Positions 24,998 through 34,300 of a stretch of DNA of 35,407 bases are shown piece after piece. Under the pieces are notes generated by a model that saw nothing but the letters and a program-made list of their open reading frames with translations, was not told where the DNA came from and did not search any database. Both the position numbers and the translations under genes were made by a program. Every line of letters starts with the position of its first letter. Position 1 is the first letter of the stretch. The stretch comes from Desulfobulbus sp. (GTDB lineage Bacteria > Desulfobacterota > Desulfobulbia > Desulfobulbales > Desulfobulbaceae): NCBI GenBank assembly GCA_017998195.1, contig JAGODN010000001.1, forward strand, positions 1 to 35,407, given 5' to 3'.

Positions 24998-26964
24998 CAA
25001 CTCGCCTCCACCGGCTCGCCCATGCGCGCCAGCACCAGGTGGTAGTTGCGCACCAGCCGGGTGCGGAAGCCGGCCTCGCAGTAGCTGAAATAGTAGGTCC
25101 AGCGGCGAAGGAAGGTCTCGTCGAAGCCGAGTGCCAGCACCTCCTGGCGCCGGGCGAGCAGGGTTTCGCGCCAGTGCGCCAGGGTGGGCACATACTGGCT
25201 GCCGATATCCTCCAGGCCCACCGGGTTGAGCCGGGTGGCCGCGGCCATGGCCGCCACCATGGCCCCCAGCGAGGGCAGGTGGCCGCCCGGGAAGATGTGT
25301 TTGCGGATCCAGTCCGAGCCCAGCCGGTAGGCCCGGTACTTCTGGTCCGGCATGGTGATCGCCTGCAGGACGATGCGCCCGCCCGGGGCGAGCAGCCGGT
25401 CGAGGGCGCGGAAATAGCTGGGCAGGTGACGGTGGCCGACCGCCTCGATCATCTCGATGGAGACGATCCTGGTGAACCGGCCCTGCACGTGGCGGTAGTC
25501 GGTGAGTTGCACCTCGATCCGCCCCTCCAGCCCGGCCTCGCGCACCAGCCGTTCCACCCAGGCGTGCTGCTCGCGGGACACGGTCACCGCGGTCAGCCGG
25601 CAGCCGGTGCGCCGCACCGTCTCCAGGGCAAACCCGCCCCAGCCGCAGCCGATCTCGAGCACGTGGTCGTCCGGGCCGATGGCGGCGCGGTCGATGATGG
25701 CATGGATCTTGTTCTTTTGCGCTGTCTCCAGGCTGTCCGCGGGATCGAGGAACAGGCCGCTCGAGTAGCACATGGTCGGGTCGAGGAACAACCGGTAGAA
25801 GTCGTTGCCCAGGTCGTAGTGGGCGCTGATGTTGCGCCGGCTGCCGGCCGGGGTGTTGTCGCGGCGCAGGTGGTGGAGGAAGTTGACCGCCCTGCCGGCC
25901 AGGGCTGGCCACAGCCTGCGGTCGTTGACCGCCTCCTCGCGCAGGGCGAGCAGGCTGAGCAGGGCCACCAGGTCCGGGCTGTCCCAGTCGCCGTCCGTGT
26001 ACGACTCACCGAAACCGATGTCCGCGCTGAGCATGGCCCGCTGCCAGAAACGGTGGCGGTGCACGGTCATGGCCACCTGCGGCCCGGACTGCGGGTCACC
26101 GCAGACGACCTGATCGCCGTCGGCGGTGGTCAGGGTCAGGCAGCCGTGGTCGAGTTGGGCAAAGAACCGGGTGAGTACCCTCCGGCCCAGCCGTTCGAGC
26201 GAACCCGGGCCCACCTGGCGGATGGTGTGCGGTGAGCAGGGCTCCGGCCTGGTGAACACCGGCAGCTTTTTGCCGAAGTAGAGGCGCGCCGCCTGGGCGA
26301 GGATGCGCGGGAAGGAGAGGACGGCGCGCAGCGGGTGACGGAGCACGGTGCGGGCCAGGATCGATGGCGTGAGTTCCTCCCCTCGACCGGTGAACGAGGC
26401 CTGCAGGGCCGGCTCGCCGTCGATCGAGTAGGTGATGGCCAGGGTCAGGGTGTCGCCGCCGGGCGGGGTGAGGTGGAAGCGGTAGCTGCCAGTGCGCGGG
26501 AAAAAGGGCGAAACGTGGAAGACCTTGTCCGTGGCCGGCCGGTCCGCCTCTCCCGGGAGGCAGTAGAGATGGGTGTCGCCGAAGGTGTTGTTCACCTGGA
26601 CGAGCACCGCGAACACCTGCCCGGCCGCGTCCAGGCAGAAAAAGAAGCTGGCCGGGTTGAACACGTAGTGGAACTGGCGCAGGGCGGTGACCAGCACGAC
26701 TCGCGCCGGCTCCGTGTCCAGGCCATGCTCGCGCAGCCCCCGGCAGACCTTGTCCCGGAGCGGCGCCGTGCCGGGATGGAGGTAGTCGCGGTCGTGCAGG
26801 GCGATGGGCCGAATGCGGTTGTGGCCGAACCAGCGGCTCTGGTCGGCCAGCGCATCGACTTCGTCCAGGTCGAGGGCGTAGAGATGCAGGGGGTAGCTGA
26901 ACTCGTGCCGGGTGATGCGGCAGCGGGTGTGGCGCAGCTCGCCGGTGTAGAGCCGCGAGTTCAT
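24997..26964 (-). CDS. Fusion of DUF1365 (UfaO-like) and a Cfa-family SAM-dependent fatty-acyl methyltransferase (UfaM-like)
   Basis: The first ~245 aa have G..RH.R....H.F.Y, YVFNPASFFFC, VNNTFG and KVFHVSPFF. The C-terminal part has IGFGESY..GDW, NISAHYDLGNDFY, VLEIGCGWGG, SIEMIEAVG and IFPGG.LPS. One uninterrupted 655-aa frame. Confidence 0.88.
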   Translation of the reverse strand: MNSRLYTGELRHTRCRITRHEFSYPLHLYALDLDEVDALADQSRWFGHNRIRPIALHDRDYLHPGTAPLRDKVCRGLREHGLDTEPARVVLVTALRQFHYVFNPASFFFCLDAAGQVFAVLVQVNNTFGDTHLYCLPGEADRPATDKVFHVSPFFPRTGSYRFHLTPPGGDTLTLAITYSIDGEPALQASFTGRGEELTPSILARTVLRHPLRAVLSFPRILAQAARLYFGKKLPVFTRPEPCSPHTIRQVGPGSLERLGRRVLTRFFAQLDHGCLTLTTADGDQVVCGDPQSGPQVAMTVHRHRFWQRAMLSADIGFGESYTDGDWDSPDLVALLSLLALREEAVNDRRLWPALAGRAVNFLHHLRRDNTPAGSRRNISAHYDLGNDFYRLFLDPTMCYSSGLFLDPADSLETAQKNKIHAIIDRAAIGPDDHVLEIGCGWGGFALETVRRTGCRLTAVTVSREQHAWVERLVREAGLEGRIEVQLTDYRHVQGRFTRIVSIEMIEAVGHRHLPSYFRALDRLLAPGGRIVLQAITMPDQKYRAYRLGSDWIRKHIFPGGHLPSLGAMVAAMAAATRLNPVGLEDIGSQYVPTLAHWRETLLARRQEVLALGFDETFLRRWTYYFSYCEAGFRTRLVRNYHLVLARMGEPVEAS

Positions 26965-28232
26965 CGCTCGGCCTGCAGATGGGCCACGGCCTGGTGGGCG
27001 GAGCGGACCGCGTCCTCGTGGAAGCCGTAACCGAAATAGCTGCCGCAGAACCAGGTGCGGCGCACCCCGTTGAGCGAGGGCAGGGCCGCCTGGGTGGCCA
27101 TGCTGGCGTCGGTGTACAGCGGGTGGTGGTAGTCCATGCGGGCGAGCACCTGGCCCTCGTCGTAGCCGCCGGGACGGTTCAGGGTGACCAGGTAGTGGCG
27201 GCGGGTGGCCAGCCCCTGGAGTAGGTTCATCGAGTAGGTGACGTACACCGGCCGCTCGCCCTGGTCGCCTCGCTCGCGGCGGAAGTTCCAGCAGGCCCAG
27301 GCCCGCTCGACAGGCGGCAGCACCGAGGTGTCGGTGTGGAGCACGGTGGTGTTCAGCTCGTAGCGCCAGGCGCCGAGCAGGCGTGACTCGTCCGCGCTCG
27401 GATCGGCCAGCAGGCGCAGGGCCTGGTCCGCGTGGGCGGCGACCACCACCGCGTCGAACCGTTCCGCCGACCGGTCGGCAAAGGCGAGCTCCACGCCGTC
27501 ATCCGCCCGGCGGACCTGCTGCACCGGGCTGTCCAGCCGGATCGCGCCGCGGAAGCGGTCGCAAAAGGCGCGCACATAGCTGTGGCTGCCGCCGCTCACG
27601 GTCCGCCAGCGCGGCCGGTGGCGCAGGTCGAGCAGGCCGTGGTTCTTGAAGAAGCGCAGGAAGGAGCGGGCCGGAAAGGCGGTCACCCGGCCGGCCGGGG
27701 TCGACCAGATGGCCGCCGCCATGGGCGCCAGGTAGTGGTCCGCCATGAACGGCTGGAACCGGTGGCGCGCCAGGTAGTCGGCCAGGGTGCCGAGGTCGGC
27801 GTCGCCGGCCAGGTCGGCCTCGGCCTGGCGGCAGAACCGGCCGATCTCGAGGAGGAACCGCCAGAAGCGGGGGCTGACCAGGTTGGCGCGCTGGCTGAAC
27901 ACGCCGTTCAGGTTGTTGCCCGCGTAGGTGAAGCCGGTCTCGCGGCAGTGGAAGCCGAACGACATCTCGGTGGCGCGCGAGGCCACGCCGAGTTGGTCGA
28001 GAAAAGCGATGAACAGCGGGTAGGTGGCCTCGTTGAAGACGATGAAGCCGGTGTCCACGCCGGTGCCGGCGTCCGGCCCTTCCTCGATGGTGACCGTGTG
28101 GGTGTGGCCGCCCAGGTAGTCGTGCTGCTCGAACAGGGTCACCTGGTGGTCGTTCTGAAGCAGGTGGGCGGCGACGATGCCGGCCACGCCGCCGCCGATC
28201 ACGGCGATCTTCGATCCGTGCTGCATGCTCAC
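26961..28232 (-). CDS. FAD-dependent oxidoreductase (amine-oxidase family, UfaD-like)
   Basis: KIAVIGGGVAG, LGGHTHT, VDTGFIVFN..TYP, PMAAAIWS, FFKNHGLL, YHHP, GSYFGYGFHEDAVRS. 4-nt overlaps with both neighbours. Start is GTG 28232 or ATG 28226. Confidence 0.88.
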   Translation of the reverse strand: MSMQHGSKIAVIGGGVAGIVAAHLLQNDHQVTLFEQHDYLGGHTHTVTIEEGPDAGTGVDTGFIVFNEATYPLFIAFLDQLGVASRATEMSFGFHCRETGFTYAGNNLNGVFSQRANLVSPRFWRFLLEIGRFCRQAEADLAGDADLGTLADYLARHRFQPFMADHYLAPMAAAIWSTPAGRVTAFPARSFLRFFKNHGLLDLRHRPRWRTVSGGSHSYVRAFCDRFRGAIRLDSPVQQVRRADDGVELAFADRSAERFDAVVVAAHADQALRLLADPSADESRLLGAWRYELNTTVLHTDTSVLPPVERAWACWNFRRERGDQGERPVYVTYSMNLLQGLATRRHYLVTLNRPGGYDEGQVLARMDYHHPLYTDASMATQAALPSLNGVRRTWFCGSYFGYGFHEDAVRSAHQAVAHLQAER

Positions 28233-29041
28233 TCCGGGGATTGGGTTGGTGGCGGGCCGGCCGGCTGACGGCGGGGCGGCCAGGGGAAGAAGGCGCTGGT
28301 CCGGGCCTTGTACGCCGCGAACACGGGGTCACCTTCGTACTTGGCCTCGAGCATGGGGATACCCGAGACCTTGAGCAGCAGGAAGGCGATGGTCAGCGGG
28401 CTGATCAGGCCATAGAGGCCCAGCGGCGAACCCAGGCCGACGAGCAGGATGCCCCACCACAGGGTGGCCTCGCCGAAGTAGTTGGGGTGCCGGGTCCAGG
28501 TCCACAGCCCCTCCTGGATGATCCGGCCGCGGTTGGCCGGGTCGCGTTTGAAGCGGAGCAGCTGCCAGTCGCCGATGGCCTCGAAGAGAAAGCCGAGGGC
28601 AAAGACGAGCAGACCGGCCAGGTCGGTCCAGCGGGGTCCGGGCCCGGGGGCGGCGATGGCGAGCAGCACCGGCATGAGGATGACCAGTACCACCCCGCCC
28701 TGGAGCAGGTAGATCTGCAGGAAGCTGCGCCAGAGGATGGTCCGCCCCCAGGCCTCGCGGAACTGGCGGTAGCGGAAGTCCTCGCCGCGGCCGCGGTGAC
28801 GCAGGCCCAGGTGCAGGCCGAGCCGCACCCCCCAGAGGGTGACGAGCGCGAGCAGCAGCAGCGGCCGGAACTGCGCCTCCGCGCCGGCCTGCCACCAGGC
28901 CGACCAGCCGGCAACGACAAAGGCCGGGCCGTAGGCGATGTCCACCAGGCTGTTGTCCCGGGCGAGCAGGCCGACCAGATACATCAGGCACATGTAGGCG
29001 AGCAGGGTGAGCGCCGCGCTCTGCAGGATCTGGGCGGTCAT
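28229..29041 (-). CDS. DUF1295 family membrane protein (steroid 5-alpha-reductase-like)
   Basis: DNSLVDIAY, WGVRLGLHL, GEDFRY, EAIGDWQL, GLWTWTRHPNYFGE, VSGIPMLE, Y..RTSAFFP. Confidence 0.88.
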   Translation of the reverse strand: MTAQILQSAALTLLAYMCLMYLVGLLARDNSLVDIAYGPAFVVAGWSAWWQAGAEAQFRPLLLLALVTLWGVRLGLHLGLRHRGRGEDFRYRQFREAWGRTILWRSFLQIYLLQGGVVLVILMPVLLAIAAPGPGPRWTDLAGLLVFALGFLFEAIGDWQLLRFKRDPANRGRIIQEGLWTWTRHPNYFGEATLWWGILLVGLGSPLGLYGLISPLTIAFLLLKVSGIPMLEAKYEGDPVFAAYKARTSAFFPWPPRRQPAGPPPTQSPE

Positions 29042-29060
29042 GGGCGTTGCCTCCCGCGGT

Positions 29061-29474
29061 TCAGCCCCGGCCGAGCCAGGTGCCGATCAGGTAGGCGCCG
29101 CCGCTCACCAGGGTGCCGAGCACCGTGCCCCAGGTGATGTCGACCACGGTCACCAGCACCGGCCAGTCACGCAGGGTGGCCAGGTTGGTCAGGTCGTAGG
29201 TGGCGTAGGTGATAAAGCCGAACAGGGCCCCGTACAGGCAGGCGCGGCCGAGCGAGCCGGCCTCCAGCCCGGGACGGACCGCGAAGAAGAGGATGCCGGC
29301 GATGTACAGGCCGTAGAAGACGAAGGCGGCCGGCCAGTTGACCGTCGGGCTGAGCAGGGTCTGCAGCTGCTCCTTGTAGAACCCGCGGGCGACGATGCCC
29401 AGCCAGATCATGTCGATCACGAAGAAGACCGGCACGGTGAGCAGGTAGAGCTTGAGCCAGAACAGGGTGGTCAT
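29061..29474 (-). CDS. DUF2177 family membrane protein
   Basis: FFVIDMIWLG, AAFVFY, YATYDLTNLATLRDWP, VDITWG. GGAGG RBS before ATG 29474. Confidence 0.88.
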   Translation of the reverse strand: MTTLFWLKLYLLTVPVFFVIDMIWLGIVARGFYKEQLQTLLSPTVNWPAAFVFYGLYIAGILFFAVRPGLEAGSLGRACLYGALFGFITYATYDLTNLATLRDWPVLVTVVDITWGTVLGTLVSGGAYLIGTWLGRG

Positions 29475-29616
29475 CGCTGCGCCTCCACCAGGGGGCGGCT
29501 CCCGGTCCATCGCCGGATGGCGATGAGAACCGTTCACCAATTATTTGGTTCAGCAACAGTAAGGTATCCGGCGGAAAAAACAAGCGTTCCGGCGCGGGGG
29601 GCGATGGAAAAATCCT

Positions 29617-30078
29617 TCAGTCCAGGTCGTCCGCGGCCAGCACCCGCAGCCGCTGGAACCGGTCGACCAGCAGGTAGCGCTCGACCCTGACCGCGACCAG
29701 GGCGGTGTCCGGCGCCTGGATAAAACCCGCCAGGCCCGGATGGCGGTCGAGCAGGAGGCGCTGCAGCCGGTCCCGTTCATCGCCGGCCACCTCCGCGGCC
29801 CGGCCGAGCGCGGTCACGGCCGTGGCCGCCGCCACGTCGGCCTGAGTGTTGCTGCGGTTGTCGATGAGCAGGGCCGCCGTCCCGCTGGCAGCGAGGTTAC
29901 GGAACTTGCGGGTGGCCCGGCCGGTGGCGAACACCAGCCGGCGCAGGTCCGGACTGGCGGCGAAGGCGACCAGGCTGGCGTAGGGGCCGGCCTCATCGGC
30001 GGTGGCCAGCACCGCGTGCAGCTGCTGTTGGAGAAGGTCGTGCAGACAAACGGTCAGTACAATTCGGTCAGTGGGCAT
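29617..30078 (-). CDS. Pyridoxamine 5'-phosphate oxidase-like (split-barrel flavin-binding) protein
   Basis: AVLAT....PYASLVAF, FATGRATRKFRNL, ALLIDNRSN. AGGAG RBS before ATG 30078. Confidence 0.85.
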   Translation of the reverse strand: MPTDRIVLTVCLHDLLQQQLHAVLATADEAGPYASLVAFAASPDLRRLVFATGRATRKFRNLAASGTAALLIDNRSNTQADVAAATAVTALGRAAEVAGDERDRLQRLLLDRHPGLAGFIQAPDTALVAVRVERYLLVDRFQRLRVLAADDLD

Positions 30079-30129
30079 GTCTATTCTCCTGCAAAGTTTT
30101 CCAGAGGAAGAAAAATCAAACGGAATATC

Positions 30130-30157
30130 TTGCCAAGCTGTCAATGCGAATTACTAT
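30130..30157 (+). promoter_or_regulatory. Candidate sigma70 promoter for the 67-aa gene
   Basis: TTGCCA (30130-30135), 16-nt spacer, TACTAT (30152-30157), in AT-rich intergenic DNA. Confidence 0.45.
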
Positions 30158-30203
30158 CCAAGGCACGGCAGTCAATAATCAACACACCAAAAGGAGAACG
30201 GAC

Positions 30204-30407
30204 ATGGCTGAGAACAAGGATTACGGCGAAGTGAGCGGCGGCACCGGCGGGTACGAGTCCATGGTCTGGGTCCGGGACAAGGACGGCAAGGAGTATGCCT
30301 GCTACCTGAAGGATATCAAGGGCATCAAGACCAAGGAGCAGCTCACCGAGGACGAGAAGGCCAAGTGTGTGGATGTCAGTCAGATCGTCGGCACCGAGCG
30401 CTGGTAA
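30204..30407 (+). CDS. Small hypothetical protein, 67 aa
   Basis: AAGGAGA RBS, ATG 30204, host-like codon bias and its own terminator. Confidence 0.8.
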   Translation: MAENKDYGEVSGGTGGYESMVWVRDKDGKEYACYLKDIKGIKTKEQLTEDEKAKCVDVSQIVGTERW

Positions 30408-30430
30408 GTCGCGCAGGTAGCCGGTGGAGT

Positions 30431-30464
30431 AGGGCCCGTCCGCGATGCGGACGGGCCCTTTTTT
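30431..30464 (+). terminator. Intrinsic terminator
   Basis: 13-bp stem agggcccgtccgc / gcggacgggccct followed by a T-run. Confidence 0.88.
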
Positions 30465-30477
30465 ATTGCCCGCCGGA

Positions 30478-31053
30478 TCAGAGCGCACCCGCAGGCCGTC
30501 GCTCCGGCACCGCCACCTGCGGGATCTTTCCCTCGTTCCAGGCCGGGGACACGTACAACTGGCAGTAGCAGGCGCCGAACTCGCGCACGTCCGCGGCCCG
30601 GTAGACGCAGGGGCAGAGGATGTCCCGGTCGCGTTCCCGGTCGCCGCTGGCCAGCCGACAGGGACAGGCCAGGTAGCCGTAGCGGGCGCGGTTGGTGAGC
30701 AGGCCGCGGAGCAGGTCAAAGGTCCGCTCCCGGTCGCGGTTGAACGGATAGCCTTTGGGCTCCTGCAACTCGCGCAGCCGGTCGTAGAGGTCGTCCACCT
30801 CGGTGCGCACCCCAATGGTCTCCTTGATCTCCTGGACCTTGAAGCCGGTGATCACCCGCTCGCCGATCACCGTGGTGGGGAAGGAGCACTGCGGGTTGAC
30901 CGCGCGCAGAGCGTTCACCGCCGCCTCGCGCTCGTCGCCCGTGAGCAGGTCGACCTCGATGGCCCGGTGGGGCACGGCCAGATCGGTGAGCATCTTCTTG
31001 ATCGCCTGGCAGTACGCACAGGTGGACAGGCTGTAGAGGGTGATCGCGGGCAT
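30478..31053 (-). CDS. Glutaredoxin::ferredoxin-thioredoxin reductase catalytic-subunit fusion
   Basis: N-terminal Grx/NrdH-like domain LYSLSTCAYC...SFPTTVIG..VITGF. C-terminal FTR catalytic motifs CPC (YLACPCR), CPC (ILCPCVY) and CYC (GACYCQLY). Confidence 0.88.
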   Translation of the reverse strand: MPAITLYSLSTCAYCQAIKKMLTDLAVPHRAIEVDLLTGDEREAAVNALRAVNPQCSFPTTVIGERVITGFKVQEIKETIGVRTEVDDLYDRLRELQEPKGYPFNRDRERTFDLLRGLLTNRARYGYLACPCRLASGDRERDRDILCPCVYRAADVREFGACYCQLYVSPAWNEGKIPQVAVPERRPAGAL

Positions 31054-31360
31054 CGGCTGCTCCCTGGTGGGCCACCGGCACGGCGGCTTGACGGCGGATG
31101 GCGGACCGGGTGAACCCTCGGCCTCGCCGCTGACCGGGAGAGCATAGAACGGCCGGGGCCGGCGGGCAAGGGGAAAGATCGGCCCGCTGCCGCCTGGGCG
31201 CTATCTGTTGGCGTGCAAGGTTTTTTGCGACCGGCCGCCTCTCTCCTAGGTGATCGGCCCGGGGCTGTTGTATAAGGGTGGAGAATGTTCCCGTCGCCGG
31301 CGGGCGTCAGTCCCCGCCCGGCGAGCGGGATCGTGCCACGATCTTTGCCGAGGATGCCGC

Positions 31361-34300
31361 ATGTTCCGGTTGTGCCTGTTGCTGCTGCTGTTGGTACCCT
31401 GTTCCGCGTCGGGCGGTTCGGCCCTGCCCGCGGACCGCCCGTTGCGGGTGGTCATGGACAATACCTACCCGCCCTACGTGTTCCTTGACAGCCGCGGCGT
31501 CCCCCAGGGCATCCTGCCGGACCAGTGGCGCCTGTGGCAGGAACGCACCGGCGTCCGGGTCGAGATCACCGCCCTGGACTGGCAGGACGCCCTCGCCGCC
31601 ATGCGGGCCGGCCGCCACGACGTCCTCGACACCGCCTTCCGTACCGAGGAGCGGGACCAGTGGCTCGAATTCGGCCGGCCCTACGCCCGCATCGAGGTCG
31701 CGGCCTTCTTCGCCAGCGAGATCGGCGGCATCACCGACATCGACTCGCTGCACGGCTTTGCCGTGGCCGCCAAGGAGGGTGACGCGGTCATCGGCCACCT
31801 GCGCAGTCGCGGGGTGGACAACCTGCTGCTGTTCAAGGGCTACGAGGCGATCGTCGAGGCGGCCCGCGACAACAAGGTCAACGTCTTTGTCATCGATAAG
31901 CCGCCGGCCCTCCACTACCTGCACAAGTACAACCTGCACCGGCGATTCAACGCCTCGCTGCCCCTGGAGGCGGGCGATTTCCACCGGGCCGTGGCCAGGG
32001 GCCAGACCGACCTGCTGAACGCGATCGAGGCCGGCTTCGCCGCCATCCCGGCGGCGGAGCTGGCCGCCATCGACCAAAAGTGGCGCGGCATTCCCCTGCT
32101 CGACCGGCTGCCCCTGCGCCTGCTGCTTTCCGCGGCCGGTGGCGCCTGCGCCCTGATCCTCGCCCTCTTCCTGTGGAACCGCACCCTGCGGCGGGCGGTG
32201 CACCACCGCACGGCCGAACTCGAGCAGAGCCGGGAGGTCCTGCGCGAGAGCGAGGCCCGCTACCGGGAACTGGTCGAGGACGCCAACAGCATCATCCTGC
32301 GCATGGACAGCACCGGCCGGATCACCTTCTTCAACGAGTTCGCCCAGACCTTCTTCGGCTACCCGGCCGAGGAGGTGCTCGGCCAAAACGTGGTCGGCAC
32401 CATCGTGCCCGAACACGACTCGGCCGGGGTGGACCTGCGCGCCCTGATCGCCGATCTCGGCGTGCGGCCGGAGCGCTACCTGACCAGTGAGAACGAGAAC
32501 ATGCGCCGCGACGGCAGCCGGGTGTGGATCAGCTGGACCAACCGGCCGGTCTACGACCCGGCCGGCCATTTGATCGGGCTGCTCTCTGTGGGCAACGACG
32601 TGACCGGGCGCAGAGAGGCGAGCGAGGCCCTGGGGCGGGAACGGGAGCGGCTGGAATCGGTCATCTCCGGCTCGAGGCTCGGCACCTGGGAATGGAACGT
32701 GCAGACCGGCGAACTCGTGGTCAACGAGACCTGGGCGCGCCAGCTCGGCCGCACCCTGGCCGAGCTGGCGCCCTGCAGCCTCGACACCTGGGCCGAGCTG
32801 GTGCACCCGGACGACCTGGAGCCTGCCCGCCAGGCCCTGCAGCGGTGCGTGGACGGAGACAGTGCCGATTACGATGCGGAGTTCCGGCTGCGCCACCGGG
32901 ACGGCCGCTGGGTGTGGATCCTCTCCCGGGGCCGCCTGCTCACCCGCGACCCGGCCGGCCGACCGCTGCTGCTGTTCGGCACCCACACCGACATCACCGG
33001 GCTCAAGCAGGCGGAGGAGGAGCTGCGGGCGAGCAACGAGCTGCTCTCCCGGTTCATCCGTCATTCACCGATCTATGCCTTCATCAAGGAGATCGAGCCG
33101 GACGGGAGCCGGACGCTGCGCGCCAGCGACAACTACCAGGACATGCTCGGCATCCCGGGCTCGGCCATGGTCGGGCGGACCATGCACGAGCTGTTCCCGG
33201 CGGAATTCGCCGACAGGATCGTCGCCGACGACCGGCGGGTGGTGGAACGGGGCGAGATCCTGCAGCTGGAGGAGGAGTTCGCCGGGCGGTGCTACACCAC
33301 CATCAAGTTCCCCATCACCTTCGGGGAGCGGCGGCTGCTCGCCGGCTACACCATCGACGTCACCGAGCGGCGGCGCACCGAGGAGGAGTTGCGGCGGCGG
33401 GAGGAACAGCTGCAGCAGATGATCGAGATCCTGCCCATCGGCCTGTGGATCACCGACCGGCACGGCAGCCTGCTGCGCGGCAACCCCGCCGGCCGGACCA
33501 TCTGGGGCGGGGCGCCGGCCGCGAGCGACGGCCCGGGCGCCTTCCCGGCCCGCCGCCTGCCCGGCCGGGAGCCGGTGGCGGCCGAGGAGTGCGCCCTGGC
33601 GCGCACCCTGCAGAGCGGTGCCACCGTGACCGACGAACTGCTCGAGATCGAGGCGGCGGACGGCACGCGCAAGACCATCCTCGCCTATTCGGCGCCGGTG
33701 CGTGACCACCGCGGCGACATCGACGGGGCGATCCTCGTCCATTTGGACATCAGCGACCGCAAGGCCCTGGAGGAGCAGCTCATCCAGGCTCAGAAAATGG
33801 AGTCCATCGGCCGCCTGGCCGGCGGGGTGGCGCACGATTTCAACAACATGCTCAGCGTCATCCTCGGCCACACGGAACTGGCCCTGGACACGGCCGGCCT
33901 CTCCCGACCGCTCTCCGGCCGGCTGCAATCCATCCGCGAGGCGGTGCAGCGCTCCACCGACCTCACCCAGCAGCTGCTCGCCTTTGCCCGCCGCCAGACC
34001 GCGGCCCCGCGGGTGCTTGACCTTAACGCCACCGTGGCCGGCATGCTCAAGATGATCCGGCGGCTCATCGGCGAGGACATCGACCTCACCTGGCTGCCGG
34101 CCGGGGGACTGCCGCCGGTGCGCATCGATCCTTCCCAGGTCGACCAGATCCTCGTCAACCTGTGCGTCAACGCCCGCGATGCCATCGGCGACACCGGCCG
34201 GATCACCATCGAGACCGCTTCGGTCACCTTCGACCAGGCGGACTGCGTCCGTCACCCGGAGGTCGCGCCGGGCGGCTACGTGCGCCTGTCGGTGCGTGAC

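Noticed and set aside
31329-31343. Possible sigma54 promoter (TGGCACG on the minus strand)
   Set aside because: The -12 element reads CGCT rather than TTGC and the GG-N10-GC spacing is not met.
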